Source: an uncultured Acholeplasmatales bacterium
GTDB taxonomy: Bacteria > Bacillota_I > Bacilli_A > ML615J-28 > CAG-698
Length of the DNA: 60,004 nt
Direction of reading: 5' to 3'
NCBI GenBank assembly: GCA_937877075.1
Contig: CALEGD010000067.1
Span: 1-60,004, forward strand
The translations under genes were made by a program, and so were the position numbers. A model generated the notes under the pieces. The model made no database searches and was not told the origin of the DNA. It worked only from the letters and a program-made list of their open reading frames with translations. Shown here piece by piece: positions 59,120 through 60,004 of the stretch (its first letter is position 1; every line of letters begins with the position of its first letter).

Positions 59120-60004
59120 ATGATAAAAGTTGCATTAGAAAAATGTGAAAAGTATGAAATAGCATTAGTCAAGGAAAAAATCAAAAGCAGTTTGAAAGCA
59201 CTAGGAGGAATCACTTCGTTCCTTAAAAGCGGAGACAAGGTTTTTATTAAACTAAATTGTGTCGGCCCCTTTTCTCCGGAGATGGGAATAACGACTCATC
59301 CTGTATTTTTAGAAGCCGTGATTGATATTGTAAAAGAATATACATCGAATATCATCGTTGGTGATAATCCCGCAAGTAAGGATTTAATTTTCACCCTTAA
59401 GAAATGCGGTTTATATGAGGTGATTTCCAAAAACAATCTGAAAGTTTTAAACGGAAATGATTTAGTAGTGATAAAAAACTCGAAGGCTAAGTTTTTTTCT
59501 AATTTTGAGGTATCAAGAGAAATGGTTGAAGTAGATCTGTTGATCAATCTCCCTAAGCTAAAAACTCATTCTCTTACCTATATGACGGTCGCACAAAAAA
59601 ATCTCTTTGGAATGATATTTGGTCTAAGCAAAGCCGGTTGGCATGTTAGAGCTAATAATCCTCTTCAATTTGGAGAAGCACTGAATGATTTATATGGAGC
59701 AATTTTAGAAAGTTTTCAAGGAAAAAGTATGCTTCATATTTGTGACGGAATCATCGGACTTGAAGGAGAAGGCCCGGCAAGTGCAGGCAAACCTGTAGAT
59801 GCAGGCGTTATTCTTACATCAACCGATGCAGTCAGCCTTGACAGAGTGGCAGCTGAGGTTTGTCATCTTAATCCGGAGAAACTCTTTGTAAACAAAATTG
59901 CGAATGAAAGAAAATATGGAATTGGCGAGTTAAAACAAATACAAATAGTTGGCGAAAGCATCACAGTCGTCTTTGGAAGCGATGCCGCGATAACTGCTGT
60001 CTAC
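59120..60004 (+). CDS. DUF362-domain protein (partial; runs off the window, missing from the ORF track)
   Basis: MIKVALEKCEKY..GDKVFIKLN..TTHPVF..VGDNP..INLPKLKTH..KNLFG..DGIIGLEGEGP; frame open to the end. Confidence 0.85.
   Translation, partial: MIKVALEKCEKYEIALVKEKIKSSLKALGGITSFLKSGDKVFIKLNCVGPFSPEMGITTHPVFLEAVIDIVKEYTSNIIVGDNPASKDLIFTLKKCGLYEVISKNNLKVLNGNDLVVIKNSKAKFFSNFEVSREMVEVDLLINLPKLKTHSLTYMTVAQKNLFGMIFGLSKAGWHVRANNPLQFGEALNDLYGAILESFQGKSMLHICDGIIGLEGEGPASAGKPVDAGVILTSTDAVSLDRVAAEVCHLNPEKLFVNKIANERKYGIGELKQIQIVGESITVVFGSDAAITAVY

Overview
A low-GC, genetic-code-11 chromosomal segment from a Bacillota (Bacilli-like) organism; compact operons and gene content suggest a reduced Bacilli lineage near the Mollicutes-related groups (inference). 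About 50 CDS, mostly on the minus strand. Most are housekeeping genes: tsaE-tsaB-rimI-tsaD, pgi, ispD/ispF/dxr, rpsB-tsf-pyrH-frr, uppS-cdsA-dxr-rseP-proS, polA-mutM-coaE-dnaB-dnaI-thrS and class II RNR nrdJ. Regulatory RNAs are a Thr T-box, an FMN riboswitch before ribU and an rpsB leader. Main points of interest: (1) a tightly coupled three-gene unit of a 1433-aa DUF4011/SF1 helicase-nuclease-like protein with eroded catalytic motifs, an ankyrin-repeat protein and diadenylate cyclase CdaA. It is flanked by a Clp ATPase with a dead second AAA module and a membrane PAS/degenerate-GGDEF protein, in the clpC...ispD-ispF position. (2) Two unannotated, diverged tnpB (IS200/IS605-type) remnants share a conserved ~135-nt upstream end, and one abuts an IS30 remnant. 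(3) Sporulation-type genes (cwlD, yunB, CBS, LysM, coat-like peptide) occur with sigE/sigK-like promoters. No tRNA, rRNA or CRISPR array was seen. All calls are from reading motifs by eye; no searches were run.
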